NCBI GenBank assembly: GCA_902384935.1
Contig: CABMDO010000019.1
Span: 31,087 to 95,086, forward strand
Direction: 5' to 3'
DNA: 64,000 bases
Source of the DNA: Candidatus Norongarragalina meridionalis
Lineage (GTDB): Archaea > Micrarchaeota > Micrarchaeia > Norongarragalinales > Norongarragalinaceae
The notes under the pieces were generated by a model. That model was given only the letters and a program-made list of their open reading frames with translations, searched no databases and was not told where the DNA came from. Position numbers and translations under genes: made by a program. How positions within the stretch are numbered: the stretch's first letter is position 1; each line of letters begins with the position of its first letter. This document shows positions 42,139 to 50,575 of this stretch, piece by piece.

Positions 42139-43179
42139 GTGATACTCGACGCGCAGGCGCTCGAAGCCAAACTGACGCCCGAAGCCGCACTTTCGATAAT
42201 ACAGAAATCCCTCGCGCAGAAAGGCTGGAAGAAGCACGAGGTTGCGGACATAAAGCTCGTGTACACGCCGTTCTGGACTTTTTCCTTTGACGTCGTCACA
42301 GGAGGCCAGGGCCCCACGCCCACGGGCCGCACGGCGCTGAACGCCTTTTCCGGCGAGCTCAACGATCTGGTTCCGATAATACTCGACCGCCCAATCAAGC
42401 GCTCCAAGACTGCGCAGGAAGGCGCCGAGATTGAAAGCACGAGCGTCTCGCAGCACGAGGCGAAGGACACCGCGGCGATGAAGATAGCGGCGCACGTCGG
42501 CGGCATAACGAAGGACATGATAGCGGTTTCCGCGCTGAACAAGATTTACGTTCCTTTTTACCGCGTGTGGGTGAACGTCGCGGACGATACCTACAAAATA
42601 GAGGTTGACGCGGCGATGGGCGCGCCGATGGGGCTCGACGAGATTCCGACGCGCCAGAAGGGCTGGGAAGAAGCCACGTCGGAAACAATCGACAAGATGA
42701 AAACGCCGAAAGGATGGGCGCAGCTCGGCGCGCAAACTGCGGGCGCCGCCGTCGGGGCGACGAAACCCGGCGGGGAAATGACGCGCTACCTGATACTCGG
42801 CGCAGTCATACTCGTGCTTCTCTGGTTCGTGTTCGGACGCGGGAGCGCCGGGGACGTTTCGTGCAATCTCGATGACAACTACATCGGCTCGCCGTCGTTT
42901 TTCGGGGTATTGGGCAGCCGCCCCATAGAGCCCGCCTACGGGCTTAATCGGACGCTTTACGTCCGCGGGCAGTGCGACATAGCGAACCGGGGAAAGGACC
43001 CGATTCCGGTTGTAATCGTTTCCGTCGGCATCAACAGCGGCGGCATCACGATAGCGAGAAGCACCATAGTATCGAGGGATATCCCGGCGACGACAAGCGG
43101 CGCTACTCAGAAGAAATTCGAACTGAACTGGACGGACACAGGCGCGAAGGACTTCTCATTCGAATACGAAAAGCTTTAG
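42139..43179 (+). CDS. Hypothetical protein with one central TM helix
   Basis: 346-aa ORF; TM at YLILGAVILVLLWFVF. No family recognised. GTG start. Confidence 0.45.
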   Translation: MILDAQALEAKLTPEAALSIIQKSLAQKGWKKHEVADIKLVYTPFWTFSFDVVTGGQGPTPTGRTALNAFSGELNDLVPIILDRPIKRSKTAQEGAEIESTSVSQHEAKDTAAMKIAAHVGGITKDMIAVSALNKIYVPFYRVWVNVADDTYKIEVDAAMGAPMGLDEIPTRQKGWEEATSETIDKMKTPKGWAQLGAQTAGAAVGATKPGGEMTRYLILGAVILVLLWFVFGRGSAGDVSCNLDDNYIGSPSFFGVLGSRPIEPAYGLNRTLYVRGQCDIANRGKDPIPVVIVSVGINSGGITIARSTIVSRDIPATTSGATQKKFELNWTDTGAKDFSFEYEKL

Positions 43180-43190
43180 GGTTGGGGAAG

Positions 43191-44027
43191 ATGCAGTCGG
43201 AATCACCGAAGTATCCGTTTCTTTCGGCGTCCAAGGGAAGCGTGGGCGCGGAACTGAAGGAGGACGAGATAGAGCGCGCCGCCGCGTTCCTGATGGACGC
43301 GCTGCGCGGAAAGGCGCACGTCCCTTCCTCCAAGGTATACGCGCTCTCACGGCTGCTGCTGCACGCGCTCGACGACGGCTGGGCGTACGGGAAATTCTCC
43401 GACGCGATGGCGAAAACCGTCGAGGACAAGGATACCGAAGCCGTAGCGCTCGACTTCTTCCCGTCTTATTCCCACGGAAAAATCCCGCTTCCCGAATACC
43501 TGAAAGGAGGCGGTTCCCTTTCCGGGGCGTCGCTCGACAAGGGGTTCGTCTCCGTCGACGCGGGCGAGCTGCGCTCGCTCGTCCGCAACGCGGTCCGCAA
43601 AAAAATACTCGACTTCCGAAGCGCGCGGCGCGACTTGATCCCGAAGCGCGTGCTGGAAATAGCCGAGGAGATGCGGAAAAAGCTGCCGAAGCCGTCGCAT
43701 GTAACGGCTCGCGGGAAAAACCTCGAGCTTCCGTGCGTGCAGGTTCTTCTGAAAGGCGAACCCGAGGGTTCGCGCTATTACGGCGCCATGGCTCTTGCGA
43801 TTGCATGCGTGCGCGACGGGGTTTCGAAGGACGCCGCCATGGAAGTGATGGAGGAATACGCAAACAGATGCGCCCACGGAACGCATCCCTTTTCCAGTCG
43901 CGAGGCGCGTGACGTAGCCGAATGGGTTTACCGCCATCCAAACGTCCGCTTTTCCTGCAGGCGCATGCAGGACAACAACCTGGCGCCGACGGAACTTTGC
44001 GACAGATGCAGGTGGAAACCCCGATGA
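43191..44027 (+). CDS. priL: DNA primase large subunit PriL (short form)
   Basis: Sits immediately upstream of priS and overlaps it (ATGA). LELPCVQVLLKGEPEGSRYYGAMALAIACVRDGVSKD...ANRC...FSCRRM...LCDRC resembles the PriL Fe-S C-terminal domain (PPC..ll..). Only 278 aa. Confidence 0.6.
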   Translation: MQSESPKYPFLSASKGSVGAELKEDEIERAAAFLMDALRGKAHVPSSKVYALSRLLLHALDDGWAYGKFSDAMAKTVEDKDTEAVALDFFPSYSHGKIPLPEYLKGGGSLSGASLDKGFVSVDAGELRSLVRNAVRKKILDFRSARRDLIPKRVLEIAEEMRKKLPKPSHVTARGKNLELPCVQVLLKGEPEGSRYYGAMALAIACVRDGVSKDAAMEVMEEYANRCAHGTHPFSSREARDVAEWVYRHPNVRFSCRRMQDNNLAPTELCDRCRWKPR

Positions 44028-45118
44028 ACGGCGACTACGTGCGCGAACGGCTGTCGTGGTTCTATTCGCGTTTTGACACGCCTCCGCACGAAGTGGCGAA
44101 GCGCGAATTCGGATTCGGCTGGAACTCGAAGATAGACCAGAGGCACAAATCCTTCCCTTCCCCGAAGGAACTGCGCGAGTTTCTGCGCCGCGAATCGCCG
44201 CTCTACGCGTCGTACTCCGTCGCCTATTACCAGATTCCCGACGGACGCCCCATGCAGCGCAAGGGCTTTCTCGGCGCGGAGATCGCTTTCGACATAGACA
44301 AGCCGAGGATAGGCGAGCACGGGCATAACGGGATAATATGCCCCGCCTGTTTGGACGCGGCGCGGACGGACGCGCTTCAACTGCTCGAGGAATACCTGCT
44401 CGGCGATTTCGGTTTCTCCTCCCACGAAGTAACCGCGAACTTCTCCGGAAGCAAGGGCTATCACCTGCACGTGGATTCCGAGGCGGTGCGGCAGCTCGGC
44501 TCGGACGCGCGCCGAGAAATCGTGGAATACGCTTCCGAACCCCGCGGAGAGCTGCTCGTGGAGGAGGAAATACTCGGCGACGCGCGCGAGTTCTACGAGG
44601 AGAAGAAGCGGGGCGCGTCGAAGCTGCTCAGGGGACCGGATGAAAAGGCGCGGGGATGGGGCAAAAAATTCCACGACGAAGCCGTCGCCGGCTTGAAAGC
44701 GTCTCCGCTCGACGACGAGAAGAAGAAGCTCGCGCTGGAAAACCTGCGGCGCGGGAACTACGGCGCCGTTAAAGGAACCGAAAAAATATGGGAAGCCGCG
44801 CTTGCGGCGGCGAAAGCGAAGCATGCGCTCGTCCTCGATAAACAAGTTACTCTCGATACCGCGCGGCTGATACGAATGCCCGAAACAATCCACGGCGGAA
44901 CCGGGTTCGTGGCGAAGAAGTGCGACTTGAAGAAGTTCGACCCGCTGCGCGACGCCCTCGCTTTCCCTGAAAAGAACATGGTGCGCGTGAAACCGGCGAA
45001 AAACGCGGCGTTCGAACTGATGGGAAAAACGTTCGAGGTAAAAGAAGGCGTTCCCGTCGACATGCCCGAGCCCGCGGCGATGCTTCTCCTGCTCAAAGGA
45101 TACGCAACGCTCGCCTAA
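44024..45118 (+). CDS. priS: DNA primase small (catalytic) subunit PriS
   Basis: EIAFDIDK (catalytic DxD), zinc knuckle ICPACLDAA, NFSGSKGYHLHVD, RMPETIHGGTG. Confidence 0.8.
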   Translation: MNGDYVRERLSWFYSRFDTPPHEVAKREFGFGWNSKIDQRHKSFPSPKELREFLRRESPLYASYSVAYYQIPDGRPMQRKGFLGAEIAFDIDKPRIGEHGHNGIICPACLDAARTDALQLLEEYLLGDFGFSSHEVTANFSGSKGYHLHVDSEAVRQLGSDARREIVEYASEPRGELLVEEEILGDAREFYEEKKRGASKLLRGPDEKARGWGKKFHDEAVAGLKASPLDDEKKKLALENLRRGNYGAVKGTEKIWEAALAAAKAKHALVLDKQVTLDTARLIRMPETIHGGTGFVAKKCDLKKFDPLRDALAFPEKNMVRVKPAKNAAFELMGKTFEVKEGVPVDMPEPAAMLLLLKGYATLA

Positions 45119-45528
45119 TTCGGCCTTTTAGGCGGATTATAGACGCGAAGAACTTCGGGTTTCCGTGCCAGCAACTTCCGGATTTTTTCGAGCAATTCGG
45201 GAGCGGCATAAACGAGAAGTTGCGAGGGATCGTACTCGACGCCCATGGCTTCGCGATATTCGCCCATGGTAATCTTGCCGTCCCACATCATCCGCTCGAG
45301 TTTCCGCTTGAGCCTGTGCTCCGGCGTGTTTTTCGGGAACCGATAGAAAAGGAATGAATTCTTCCACTCCTCGTACGTAGGCCTCCGTCCGAGCGCCTTT
45401 TCCGTCAACCTGCCCGTGATTATCGCGGCTTTTCGGGAACGCAATCTCTTTAGTTCCAACGGCTTTACGCGCACCAACGGCATGACCATATTCGGAAGCG
45501 GCACTTTAAAAAACCGCGGCGCGCTCAA
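45115..45528 (-). CDS. Basic hypothetical protein
   Basis: 137-aa ORF between priS and the GINS-like gene. Arg/Lys-rich; no family recognised. True start may be an internal Met. Confidence 0.4.
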   Translation of the reverse strand: MSAPRFFKVPLPNMVMPLVRVKPLELKRLRSRKAAIITGRLTEKALGRRPTYEEWKNSFLFYRFPKNTPEHRLKRKLERMMWDGKITMGEYREAMGVEYDPSQLLVYAAPELLEKIRKLLARKPEVLRVYNPPKRPN

Positions 45529-45543
45529 TAGTTCACGGATTAT

Positions 45544-46044
45544 ATGGAAGTCAGCTACGACGCGCTGAGGCGCGTCCTTCTCGATGAACGCAAGTCTGCC
45601 GGAGTTCAGTCCCTAGACGAGGGCTTTTACGAGTCGTACCGCGAACACCTGCGCAAACTCAGGGCGGGAACGAACGACGCCGCGGGCATAAAGGCGTTCG
45701 ACGACATGGCGCGCGCGCTCAAGGAGCTTTCGTGGCTGCGCCTGAACAAAATAACGCTGAAAGCGCTGCGCGATTCGCAGAAAAACACGATGGACGGCGA
45801 GGGACTCGCCTTGGAAGAAAAAGGGTTTTATACGGACGCAGTCAATATAATGCAGAAATTCGGGGAATGCGCGGAATGCGCTCCTGCGGAGAGGAAGCAC
45901 AGGCTTCGGGCGAAGGCGGACGTACCCGCGTTCGCGTCGCAGGACGGAAGCGGGCTGGGCCCGTTCAAGAAAGGCGAAATTCTCGATGTTCCTGAAGACG
46001 CGGGCGCGCTTCTGTTGAAGCGGGGGCTCGCGGAGGAGATTTGA
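45544..46044 (+). CDS. GINS subunit (Gins51/Gins15-like)
   Basis: YDALRRVLLDERKSAGVQSLDEGFYESYREHLRKL...LRLNKITLKAL (A-domain pattern L..ER.s..L..L..dFY......R..KI...A). C-terminal GPFKKGEILDVPEDAGALLLKRGLAEEI (B-domain-like). Adjacent to the primase genes. Confidence 0.55.
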   Translation: MEVSYDALRRVLLDERKSAGVQSLDEGFYESYREHLRKLRAGTNDAAGIKAFDDMARALKELSWLRLNKITLKALRDSQKNTMDGEGLALEEKGFYTDAVNIMQKFGECAECAPAERKHRLRAKADVPAFASQDGSGLGPFKKGEILDVPEDAGALLLKRGLAEEI

Positions 46045-46046
46045 AA

Positions 46047-46334
46047 ATGATAGTACCGAAGCAGATAAAGGCGTACTGCCCGAAGTGCCGCAAGCACACG
46101 GACCACAAGGTGAAGATAAGCACCAGCAAATACAAGCCCGGCCGCAAGCTCGCCTGGGGAACCCGCAAGCACGAACGCAAGCTCGAGGGATACCACGGAA
46201 AGGTCAAGGGCAAGGCCAAGGTGAAGAAACAGGGCATACGCAACAAGATGATGCTCGAATGCTCCGTCTGCAAGAAAAGGCACGAGCGCGTGATAAGCGG
46301 ACGCATGAAGAAGAAGGCGGAGACTGCGAAATAG
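46047..46334 (+). CDS. rpl44e: Ribosomal protein L44e (eL42)
   Basis: MIVPKQIKAYCPKCRKHTDHKV...ECSVCKKRH. The ATG is 10 nt after GGAGGA. Confidence 0.9.
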   Translation: MIVPKQIKAYCPKCRKHTDHKVKISTSKYKPGRKLAWGTRKHERKLEGYHGKVKGKAKVKKQGIRNKMMLECSVCKKRHERVISGRMKKKAETAK

Positions 46335-46342
46335 GTGATTAA

Positions 46343-46504
46343 ATGAGCAAATTCCTGCGCGTCCGCTGCGATTGCGGAGAAGACATGGTGGTTTACGGCG
46401 ATTCGAAAACAGCCGTCTACTGCGAGAAGTGCGGCAACCTGGTGGCGGAACCCAAGGGAGGGCGCGCCGTGATTAACTGCCGCATCATAGAAGTGCTTTC
46501 ATGA
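46343..46504 (+). CDS. rps27e: Ribosomal protein S27e (eS27)
   Basis: Not in the ORF track (53 aa). My translation: MSKFLRVRCDCGEDMVVYGDSKTAVYCEKCGNLVAEPKGGRAVINCRIIEVLS, with the C4 zinc ribbon. Canonical L44e-S27e pairing. Confidence 0.85.
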   Translation: MSKFLRVRCDCGEDMVVYGDSKTAVYCEKCGNLVAEPKGGRAVINCRIIEVLS

Positions 46505-47289
46505 AGGGCGAGTCGCGCATAACGCGCAAAACCGTGAAGCTGAAGAATCCCGTACTAATAGCGGGGCTTCCTGGAATCGGGTTCGTCGGAAAAATGGCGA
46601 TCGACCATCTGGTAGGCACGATGAAGGCGGAGCACTTCGCGACTCTTTATTCCCCGCACTTTCCTAACCAGGTGCTCGCGATGAAAAGCGGGGCGCTTAA
46701 GCCGTTCACGATGAAGTTCTACGCGAAACGCCTCGGAAAGCGCGACTACGTTTTCCTGCGCGGCGATTTGCAGCCCATAACCGTCGAAGGGCAGTACGAG
46801 GTCAGCGCGCGGATTCTTTCCCTGTTCGGGGATCTGGGAGGAAAGGACGTAATCGCGATGGCTGGCTACGCAGTCGGCAGCGCGGGGGAAAAGCGCGGCA
46901 TCTACTGCGCCGGAACCAGCAAAAAATTCAATGACGAGATGAAAAAGGCTGGCGCCACCAAGTTGTTCGACAAGATTATCCCGATAGTAGGCATGGCTGG
47001 GCTTCTTCCCGCACTCGCGCGCGGCTACGGGATGCGCGGGGCATGCTTGCTCGTGGAAACCAACGGGCACAACATAGACGGGCACGGAGCGAAGGCGCTC
47101 GTTGAACTGCTCGCGCGCTACACTGGACAGAAATTCGACACGAAACTTCTTGAGAAGCGCGCCGCGAAGGCGGAAGCCGAGCTGACGAAGATGGAGCAGC
47201 AGGCGCGCGCGGCGCAGCAGGCACCGGCGCCTGCGCAGGCTGTTGACGCGGACCAGACGCGCCTGGACGCGACGCGCTACATACGGTGA
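46501..47289 (+). CDS. PAC2-family (proteasome assembly chaperone-like) protein
   Basis: LKNPVLIAGLPGIGFVGKMAIDHLV...GDLQP... matches the archaeal PAC2/COG1938 pattern by eye. Ala/Gln-rich C-terminal tail. Confidence 0.65.
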   Translation: MKGESRITRKTVKLKNPVLIAGLPGIGFVGKMAIDHLVGTMKAEHFATLYSPHFPNQVLAMKSGALKPFTMKFYAKRLGKRDYVFLRGDLQPITVEGQYEVSARILSLFGDLGGKDVIAMAGYAVGSAGEKRGIYCAGTSKKFNDEMKKAGATKLFDKIIPIVGMAGLLPALARGYGMRGACLLVETNGHNIDGHGAKALVELLARYTGQKFDTKLLEKRAAKAEAELTKMEQQARAAQQAPAPAQAVDADQTRLDATRYIR

Positions 47290-47295
47290 AAACCG

Positions 47296-47757
47296 ATGCT
47301 AGGAACCGCGATTGAAAAGGCGGGGGATATGACGAAAATATCCCTAAACCAAAATGTGTGGGTATTGCTCATAGGACTTGTAGGTCTTGGCGTTTCCGAA
47401 TTATATAAGTTAGAAACGCTGTACTGGTTTTCGTTTGGCATTTCGCTGGTAATGAGCGTTTCAGTTTGCGTCTCCATGGCGTGGTATACTTTCGACTATA
47501 TGAAAAAGAAAGAGAAACTTAGGGGGCCGATTCTTCCAGCGTATAGGCGCGACGCACCACAAAAAATGAAAATTAGTTATAAGTGGTTATTACTAACGGC
47601 TATTCTTTTTGCAATGGCGGTTGCACTAATGGTGACGGCTATAGACTGGTTTAAGTGGCCTATTCCGACAGCGCGAGAATTTGTAATTGCGATGATCGCT
47701 GGAGCTTTTGGCGGTGCATTCCTCATCTTTATTGAGAAGAAAGTTTGGACTGATTAA
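47296..47757 (+). CDS. AT-richer membrane protein, unknown function
   Basis: 4 hydrophobic helices; visibly lower GC than flanks. Confidence 0.45.
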   Translation: MLGTAIEKAGDMTKISLNQNVWVLLIGLVGLGVSELYKLETLYWFSFGISLVMSVSVCVSMAWYTFDYMKKKEKLRGPILPAYRRDAPQKMKISYKWLLLTAILFAMAVALMVTAIDWFKWPIPTAREFVIAMIAGAFGGAFLIFIEKKVWTD

Positions 47758-47760
47758 TTT

Positions 47761-48072
47761 TCAGTAAAGCGTCAGCGTGAAGGAACGGGGGTTCGACGGA
47801 TCGACTTTTATGCCCAGGGTTTCCTTGTCCTTCATACCCAGCGCCCTGAACAACGCCATCGGCAGGCGGACGGCGAAGGAATTCCCCTGCTGCGTAACCT
47901 TTGCCGTCAATTTCTGGCGGTCAAGCTTTCTGAGAGCGAGCAGGCGCTCAGCTGCGTCTGCATCCAAATACTCCTCGCCGCATGAACATCGCCAGCCTGG
48001 AACCGTGGTTCCTTCTATGCGAAGGGATGCACGCTTCGCCAGCTTCCCGCACTTTACGCATTTCATCGTCAT
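47761..48072 (-). CDS. Putative antitoxin: YgiT/MqsA-like zinc ribbon fused to SpoVT/AbrB-like domain
   Basis: MKCVKCGKLAKRASLRIEGTTVPGWRCSCGEEYL (CxxC...CxC), then SFAVRLPMALFRALGMKDKETLGIKV (AbrB-type swapped hairpin). The start overlaps the stop of the upstream DUF4258-like gene by 4 nt (48069-48072). Confidence 0.55.
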   Translation of the reverse strand: MTMKCVKCGKLAKRASLRIEGTTVPGWRCSCGEEYLDADAAERLLALRKLDRQKLTAKVTQQGNSFAVRLPMALFRALGMKDKETLGIKVDPSNPRSFTLTLY

Positions 48073-48293
48073 TTTCCCACCTTGCTTACGTGAATAACCG
48101 CCCAGACGTGCCGCTTTTCATGCAAATCCCACGACTCCGCAACAACCACTTTCAAGCCGCGGAGGCAACGTTCCACGACGCCGCGCATCCTGCGCCTGCC
48201 CGAATCCCGTCCGCAATTGAGGCATTCGAGGACGTCTTCGACGGACAATTCGTATTCCGCGATTTCGGAGTACGCCGCCTTCGTGAAGCGCAT
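48069..48293 (-). CDS. DUF4258-like putative toxin
   Basis: MRFTKAAYSEIAEYELSVEDVLECL...LKVVVAESWD...VWAVIHV resembles DUF4258 (RFTKHA..R.IS.eeV.evL ... vVV ... ViTv). Track ORF extends to 48365; internal ATG 48293 is preferred. Confidence 0.5.
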   Translation of the reverse strand: MRFTKAAYSEIAEYELSVEDVLECLNCGRDSGRRRMRGVVERCLRGLKVVVAESWDLHEKRHVWAVIHVSKVGK

Positions 48294-48421
48294 GTCCTCG
48301 CGCCGAAAGGTTTCTACCCTACGTATATACGTATAGTTTATACTTTTAAGGGTTCCGCTTGCCATACGCGGAGCATGCGAGGGCGGAATTTAAAGCAGCC
48401 GCGGCGCGTCGGTTCCAGTGT

Positions 48422-49453
48422 TTAGTAAAGCGTTTCGGCATTCAACGGATAGCTAGTGCACTGCCTGATGTCCTCGAGACCCATCGCGCTCTGGGAAATT
48501 CTCGAGAACCCTATTCCGCATCCGGAGTGGAGAATCGGATTCTGCTTCACCATGGCGAGGTAATCACCGAACTCCTCGATGGAAACTCCGCGATTGCTGA
48601 GTATGCGGTACATCGGGCTTTCGAGAAGGCGCTTGTAAAGGATATCGTAATCGTTTTCGCGCTCGGCGCTCCCCACCGCCTCGCCGCTGTACGGCATTAT
48701 CAGGTCCGCGCTGTTCACGACGAGCGGGTTGTCGCGGTTCTGCCGCATGTTGAAGAATTTTATCGCGGTAGGGAAGTGCGTTATGAAGAGCGGCTTCCCT
48801 CCGAGCGCCTGCACGAGGAAGAGCTCGTGCTGCCTTTTCAGGTCGTCTCCCCACGCGATCTGGAAATGCGTGTCCGACAGCAGCTTCACCGCGTCGGTAT
48901 AGGTTATGCGGTTGAAGGGCGAAAGATACGTTTCCAGCTCTGCGACGTCGCGTCCGAGGAATTCAAGCTCGGGACGCGCGTTCTTCAGCGCGTTCCGAAG
49001 CATCGCCTTCACCGTTCCCTCGACGTTCGCGAGCATGCTTTCGAAATCGCCCTGGTGCTCGAATTCCAGAAGCTGGAACTGGTTGAGGTGGCGCTCGTCC
49101 GCCGACGCCTCGGCGCGCGAACTCGTTATCACGGTCCATACCCTGCTGTGGCGCGGTATCTTCGCCTCGAGGTAGAGCTGCCCCGTTTGCGCCAGATACG
49201 CCTGCCTGCCGAAGTGTTCGACCGAGTAAAGCGTGTCCACGTTCTCGCAAGCGCCGGTTATGCGCGTTATGGTGGGAACGTCCATCCACGTGAAGCCGTT
49301 TTCGTGGAAATATTCAAGGGCTCCCCAGTAAAGCGCGTCGTTGACGCGGTCTATGGCGACGAACTCGTCGCCGTTTATCTTCTGGAACCTGCCTTCCGTG
49401 CTTTTCAGCATCTCAAGCTGTGCCTGCATGCCCTCACCCCGAACACTCTCCAC
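48422..49453 (-). CDS. Class IIb aminoacyl-tRNA-synthetase catalytic core without anticodon-binding domain (archaeal AsnA-type asparagine synthetase-like)
   Basis: Motif 1 GFTWMDVPTI; motif 2 region SSRAE..DERHLNQFQLLEFE; motif 3 GCGIGFSRISQSAMGLEDIRQCTSYP. No N-terminal OB fold. Confidence 0.65.
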   Translation of the reverse strand: MESVRGEGMQAQLEMLKSTEGRFQKINGDEFVAIDRVNDALYWGALEYFHENGFTWMDVPTITRITGACENVDTLYSVEHFGRQAYLAQTGQLYLEAKIPRHSRVWTVITSSRAEASADERHLNQFQLLEFEHQGDFESMLANVEGTVKAMLRNALKNARPELEFLGRDVAELETYLSPFNRITYTDAVKLLSDTHFQIAWGDDLKRQHELFLVQALGGKPLFITHFPTAIKFFNMRQNRDNPLVVNSADLIMPYSGEAVGSAERENDYDILYKRLLESPMYRILSNRGVSIEEFGDYLAMVKQNPILHSGCGIGFSRISQSAMGLEDIRQCTSYPLNAETLY

Positions 49454-49495
49454 GGAAAGGGATATATTGGTTTGTTGTAAAAATACTTACAACAT

Positions 49496-50209
49496 ATGAA
49501 GGAAGAAACGCTGATGAAGGCGTGCGGACTGTCGCGGAACGAGGCCAAGGTTTACCTCGCACTCGTAAAGATTGGCTCCTCCAAAGCAGGGCGAGTTTCC
49601 AAGGAAGCGGCCATAGACCGCACGTCCACGTACAACTCGCTGAAAGGGCTGATGGAGAAGGGGCTGGCGTCCTATGTGACGATAGGCAAGGTGAAGTGGT
49701 TCCAGGCTGCGCATCCGCGGAACATACGCGAATACCTCGAAGGGAAGCTCGAGGAAGTGACGGAAATAATGCCCGAGCTGGAGCGCGAATACTCGGCGGC
49801 GAAACTGCAGAACAATGTTCGGTTATACAAGGGCACGAAGGGCGTGAAGACCGTGCTAAAGATGGTCTTGGATGCGCGGAAGGAAAGCCGCGTGTTCGGC
49901 TCCGAGAACCAGCTGGACGAGCGCATGCCCGAATTCGCGGCGAAATTCAAGGCGCAGGCGGCGAAGCGGGGAATCAGGACGAGAAGCATCGTAAGGAAGG
50001 GGAGGATTGTGGAGAAAGAAAGGCTACGGGACGTGCGGTTCATTACTCTCGAATCGGAATCACCGGTAGTTACCAATATTTTCGGCAACAAGATAGCGAT
50101 AATCGTCTGGACGGAGACGCCCGAGGCGATCCTGATAGACAACGCCGACGCCGCCGAGGCATACCGCGGATACTTCGATTTCATGTGGAATCGGACGGAG
50201 AAACGGTGA
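49496..50209 (+). CDS. TrmB-family transcriptional regulator
   Basis: GLSRNEAKVYLALVKIGSSKAGRVSKEAAIDRTSTYNSLKGLMEKGLASYV wHTH plus a TrmB C-terminal-like domain. Confidence 0.75.
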   Translation: MKEETLMKACGLSRNEAKVYLALVKIGSSKAGRVSKEAAIDRTSTYNSLKGLMEKGLASYVTIGKVKWFQAAHPRNIREYLEGKLEEVTEIMPELEREYSAAKLQNNVRLYKGTKGVKTVLKMVLDARKESRVFGSENQLDERMPEFAAKFKAQAAKRGIRTRSIVRKGRIVEKERLRDVRFITLESESPVVTNIFGNKIAIIVWTETPEAILIDNADAAEAYRGYFDFMWNRTEKR

Positions 50210-50212
50210 AAA

Positions 50213-50482
50213 TCAGCGCGTCTTGGTGACGGTTATTCCGGTCCGCCGCTCGAACTCCTTGGCAGAAAGCAGCTTTTCCTTGCCGAGTGTGACGTCGCGC
50301 TCGATGCGCTTCGCCTCGCGCAGGTCCTCTTCGTCCTCGCGTTGCTCGAGAAGCTTGTATTTGTTGTCAAGTTCTAGCAGGCCCAGCATGATTGCGTCTG
50401 TCTTCGTCTTTGCTATGCCCGCTTTCACCGCGCCCGCCATTATCTGCTCCGGGATTCCGACCAGTTTAACGTTCATGTTCAT
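50213..50482 (-). CDS. Putative ribbon-helix-helix-like antitoxin/small regulator
   Basis: VKLVGIPEQIMAGAVKAGIAKTKTDAIMLGLLEL (strand-helix-helix), then an acidic linker and ...LSAKEFERRTGI. Family not firmly recognised. Confidence 0.4.
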   Translation of the reverse strand: MNMNVKLVGIPEQIMAGAVKAGIAKTKTDAIMLGLLELDNKYKLLEQREDEEDLREAKRIERDVTLGKEKLLSAKEFERRTGITVTKTR

Positions 50483-50575
50483 AGTATCACAATAATTAGC
50501 ATATAAACCGCTATATAAAGTATAGTGGTAGGCACGCCAGCCCTGTTTTAAAGGATTCTCGGCACTTCGTCCTTC

